From Bilabrum cf. latius (lineage: Eukaryota), in contig OZ237735.1 of the NCBI GenBank assembly GCA_965178125.1, positions 1,612,001-1,676,000 on the forward strand: 64,000 bases of DNA, written 5' to 3'. The notes below the pieces were generated by a model. It was not told the origin of the DNA, did no database searches, and worked only from the letters and a program-made list of their open reading frames with translations. The translations under genes were made by a program, and so were the position numbers. This document shows positions 59,910 to 64,000 of the stretch, piece by piece; the stretch's first letter is position 1, and each line of letters opens with the position of its first letter.

Positions 59910-61895
59910 ATGGAAGGCCCAAAATGGGATACTTTTTGCTAGTTTGGGGTGGATCGATGGAAAACTAGTGCAGGCTTTCAGCAATGCGGAATTAGGCAGG
60001 AAACGGTCGCCCTGTCCGCCAGGGCCTCGGCATGGCTTCGCAGCAGCGGTTCTGTCGTGCTTCCGGAGCTTCCCAACAAGGACAAGGCGGCCCTCACCGA
60101 TCCCAGGTTCGAAGAAACGGAGGAAACAAGCAGCGACGAGAGCGAGACAGGTGAAACGATCCAAGAGAGCCGTGTCATATCGCTGGCGGAGGACGAGGCA
60201 AGGATTGAGGCAGCCATGAAGCGCCTAGGCTGCGACGCAGGCAGCGACCCCGGAGTGGTCCCTCGGTTGCCATGGACAGCACCAACCGACGCCATTTGGG
60301 CGACTCGGCACGAACTTCAATGCAGGAGCGTAGGAGAGGTATGGAACTTGCTTGCATGCAGCGAGGTCCTTAGCTTTGACCTGGGCAAAGCAAGAGAACT
60401 CATTCGCTAGAATCAACCAAAAGAGGATACAAAGGACGTAAGATGTGGATCTGAGGCTGCTGGGAGCGCCACTAAGGCAGCTGCAGAGGGGAGTACAGCG
60501 GAGGGGGCAGTGACGGAGCTGAGCACCGTAACGCTCGCTCTCCGACCGTACGTGCCGCAGCTGCGCGACAGTCCGCACATGGTCTTCAGGATATTTGCTT
60601 CCACAAAGTGCGGGTCATGTGCTGATCTCAGCCCGCACATCCTTGCGATCGTCAGACGTCACCCGGCCCAGTTTGGCGCCACCTTTGACCGACCGCATGG
60701 TTCACCGATGCCCCCTCCAAAGCACATCGCCGCCAGGGCGATGCAAATCGAGGAAGCGCTCGGCATTGATGCAACGAATAGCAGCGTCGAAGCTACAGCT
60801 GCTGTGCCGAGAGTCGACGGCGCCGGCGCGCCTCCAACCAGCCAAGCGACTACAGCTGGCAGTGGCGGTGAAGCAGACTAGGAGCCCGATGGCATCACGC
60901 TCGCCGAGTGCCTGCGCGCCGAGGCAGAGTTGCTGATGAGGGCCGTATTTGCCGATGCAAGTGCTAAACAAGATCCATCGCCCGTTGGTTCGTCACATGC
61001 AGCAGCACCAGCAGAAGCACCGGCAGCTGGAGCAGCAGGGGCGGGGGAAGGAGCGGGGGCAGGGGCTGGCATGACCACGCCAATGCCATCTTCAAAGGTG
61101 CAGCAATCGGCAGCCAGATCCATCCTGAGGCATGGGCGGTTCGCCCTCGACGTGTTCTGGGACTGGGACGGCGTCGTGCCTACCGAGGCAACAGAATTTG
61201 ATTCCGAGTTGGAACACGGCGCCTAGACATCTGTCTCCTCCCCGTCGCGCGGCGGGAAGCGAAGAGAGCAGGCGATGGCCCTGGAGGAGGTGCTCGCCCG
61301 TCCCCAGGCGGAGTACGGCCGCAGCCGCGGCGCGGCCCGCGGCAGGCTCGTGCTGCTGGACGTGTCTCCCTGGTGGGAAGGCGTGACGGAGACGCCGTGC
61401 ACGACCTATCGCGAGCTCATGGACCTCGAGCAAGTGGCTGCTGGTGGTGGCACCACCGCCGACTATCACACGGCCCCAGGCATCCCTGTGGTGAGGCTGA
61501 CCCTCCCCACCCCCTCACCACCTGCCTACCCCCCCGCTGGATCCCAGGCGGGCCCTCGCTAGGCAGGAGCAGGAGAAGTAGAGGGCAAGCAGGTGTCGGA
61601 GGGGGGCCAAGGAAAGGTGTCTGCCGATGGCTCGACCTTCGTGCCGGCGGTGAGAGCTCGACCCGCGGCGAGCCACGCCGTGCCTCTAGAGGTAGCCACT
61701 CTGCTTGAGGGCGGGCGAGTGGACGGCATGCTTGCGACAGTTGGGGGGGCGTTGGATGGAGAGAGGGGTGACAAGAGCTTCGGTAGCGACCCAAGGGAGA
61801 GGCTCGCGCAAGGAGGCATGCCTGACTTAGTGTCTTTGCTGGAAGGAGCCTTGGCACGACAGCGACTGGAAGACAGCGAAGATGCTTGTGGTTGA
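59910..61895 (+). CDS. Divergent CDC123/D123-like ATP-grasp protein, ~661 aa (TAG=Gln)
   Basis: FC*FGVDRW, VVPRLPWTAPTDAIW..LQC..VWNLLACSEVLSFDL, LALRPY..PHMVFRIF, FALDVF and LVLLDVSPW..YREL follow the order of D123 motifs. Five in-frame TAG; ends TGA. Confidence 0.7.
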
Positions 61896-62218
61896 TGACA
61901 AGATCCCTGTGGCGTAGCGGCAGGTCCGGTGGCAGTCAAGAGGCCCCTGCGAGCCGGGGATGAATATGGACTACTCGGTATCATACTTGATGTGAAGCCC
62001 CGGTCAAGCCATTGACTTTTCACGCTGCATTTTTAGCTGGAATCTGCCTTTGCCACTGTGCGACCACGCCGGCTCTGGATTGAAATTCTCCTCATCATTC
62101 GAAATATGCTTCTTCAAATTCCGTCGTCGCGCCGCCGTGTTCCAGCGAGCAAGCACAGTTAGGCGCCTGGTCTCTTCGTCAGCAAGGCTGCCAGCTTCAA
62201 CCTTCGGATTAGTTAAGT

Positions 62219-64000
62219 ATGATTATCCTTCTACTGGCTGGATTTCTGCCTGCAGCTGTCGCTGGCCCGGTGACTGTGACCGAGGTCTCTCCGCGCTACG
62301 GCAGTCTTGCTGGCGGACAGTTTGTACAGCTGAATGGCGACAACTTCCCGATCAACTCGTTTGAGGGTCAGACTCTGGTCTTTCTTGGCGAAGAATAGGC
62401 TTGCGAAATCGACTGGTACCACACGACAGCAGACAGAATCGTCTGCCAGACTCATGCTGCAGCGCGCTCGGGCATGGCGGAATTCCCGCTGTCAGCGGCG
62501 GTGTTCACGGACAACGCGTTCTTTTCCCGGTGCATTAATGATCGATGGCCAGAAAGATGCGAGTACCGCTACACGACGGACGAAACGACTCGAATGCTTC
62601 GCAGCTTCGGTACAGGCAGCACAGAAGTGTGGATGGAGACGTCCGATCGCTATGCGAACCAATCAAGGGTACAGGTCACTAGCTCGGCTCATTGGGACAC
62701 AGACGATATTGGTTCTGAAGTGTTTGGTAAGACGGCCGTGTCAGTAAGGATGAGCTCAGAGTCTCGCAGCTTCGGGTGCTCAATCGTGGACTCTGCCGGC
62801 AACGACATCACCCGAGTTGATTCGAGACTCGGCAGGACGCGATTTATTTGCCAACACCGTATCGAGGATGCTGGAATGTACAACATAACCCTAAAACTGC
62901 CGCGGTACGGAGACGCGATCTAGGACCCCGATGCTTTGCGAGTGTCTGCGGCTTCGCCAGTTTCGGAGGGCGCAGATACGACTCCGGTCAAGCTTTACAG
63001 TGTTGCAGCGCATCCTGTTATACATCGAATCAGTGCAAGGGCTAGCTCCCTGGCTGGGGGAGCTGAAATCTCGATCGATGGCGGTGGCTGGTCAGCAGAA
63101 GAGCAGGCAGCGGAAGTACTCGCTGCCGGGCTGCCGTGCACGATTGTTCGCCAGGCAGGCTCTCGAATCACCTGCAGAACCGCTTCATTTCCCGATCTCG
63201 ACTCGAGTTCCAACGGTGCTGCTGGTGGGGCTCCAAGTGAGGCATTCCCGACTCTAGGCGTGTGGTCGCAGGGTCAGGTCGCCGGCGTTGCGCTGGGCGG
63301 CACCTCGGCCGGTGATAATCTTGCAGGAGTGCTGCCAGGGGACGTCCGGCTGTTTGCAGGTGGCCAGGGCGTACTGCAAGAAGTATGGTGGGGCGTTTCC
63401 GGTCCTCCGGGCGGCGACGCCTTCGCTGCCGACAGTGCGTTCGATAGCATGGAAGCAGCGGGTGCACGCCGCAATGCCTCGCTGGAGCCCGTGTTCCCGC
63501 AGGAATGGACCGATGCAGTGGAGTCGGCGCGGCAATCATCGCACGGCTACCAGCTGGCAGTACAGAGGGGCCAGCTGCCTCCAGTTGGACCGCACCCGAA
63601 CGGCTCCGCACAGCTCCCGCCCCGCGAGCCCGATCACGTGGACACGCTGAGATCATTCGAGGCAACGACGAGAGCCCTGTGGGATGAGCATTTCCCTGGA
63701 GTCAGCGATGTGGAGGAAGAATAGTACGGCCTTGGGGACAGCTACTACCAGCGTCTCACCTCGCTGTTCACCCCACCCGTGACGGGCAACTATTCCTTCG
63801 TGCTTGTCTCCGACGATTGGAGCGAGCTGTACATTGCGGGGTGCGCCCAGCCGGGGGTGCTAGGCAGCGATAGGATGGATACATTCAACCTTTCAGCGCC
63901 GGGGCGCCGTGTCGCATGGCTCAGGGGCCGCCTCTCAGACCACATCAACTCCTTCCACCGTGACGGCTCCTTCGAGTCTGCCCCCATCGAGCTGAGTAGA
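62219..64000 (+). CDS. Secreted/surface IPT-TIG plus PA14 domain protein (fibrocystin-like), 3' end outside window
   Basis: Signal peptide MIILLLAGFLPAAVA; IPT repeats VTEVSPRYGSLAGGQFVQLNGDNF..ACEI..IVCQT and VIHRISARASSLAGGAEISIDGGG..PCTI..ITCRT; PA14 motif LFTPPVTGNYSFVLVSDDWSELYI. TAG at 62396, 62921 and 63722. Confidence 0.82.

Noticed and set aside
565-64000. Reading the interrupted genes as pseudogenes or sequencing errors
   Set aside because: Interruptions are exclusively TAG, with no frameshifts or internal TGA/TAA. They affect housekeeping genes whose motifs are otherwise intact.
565-64000. TAG as pyrrolysine, Leu, Glu or Tyr, or as leaky readthrough
   Set aside because: TAG clusters with CAG in poly-Gln and Ser-Gln tracts and occurs in runs of three. 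A few TAGs lie in acidic tracts, so Glu needs formal exclusion by alignment, but Gln fits best.

Overview
GC-rich, gene-dense eukaryotic (protist-like) nuclear DNA. It has 20 complete protein-coding genes, one 3'-truncated gene, short intergenic spacers and 13 short GT-AG introns, all near gene 5' ends. The dominant signal is a non-standard nuclear genetic code. The ORF track breaks most genes into same-frame pieces, and every in-frame junction I inspected outside introns is a TAG (about 95 by hand count, in 17 of 21 genes). TAG alternates with CAG inside poly-Gln tracts, lies at conserved Gln positions, and lies upstream of essential domain motifs, so UAG almost certainly encodes glutamine. 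I found no internal in-frame TAA or TGA. The reconstructed genes end in TGA (18) or TAA (2), so UAG appears to be reassigned while UAA is still a stop, a rare split of the UAR pair. Read with TAG=Gln, the window encodes: DUF155/RMD1-like, auxilin-like J protein, PhnZ-like HD oxygenase, mitoribosomal mL41, HslV, Rieske Fe-S protein, SLC37-like MFS transporter, PH-WW protein, PP2A B''-gamma-like, GH35 beta-galactosidase, TFIIIC Tfc4-like, NOL6/Utp22, PP2C, a ~3,540-aa protein of ten EF-hand-like modules, a TPR protein, an orphan, an ankyrin-TPR protein, an FG-GAP membrane protein, a split zinc deaminase, a CDC123-like protein and a fibrocystin-like IPT/PA14 protein. All family calls are by eye from motifs; no database search was run. 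No rRNA, tRNA, CRISPR array or mobile element was recognised.
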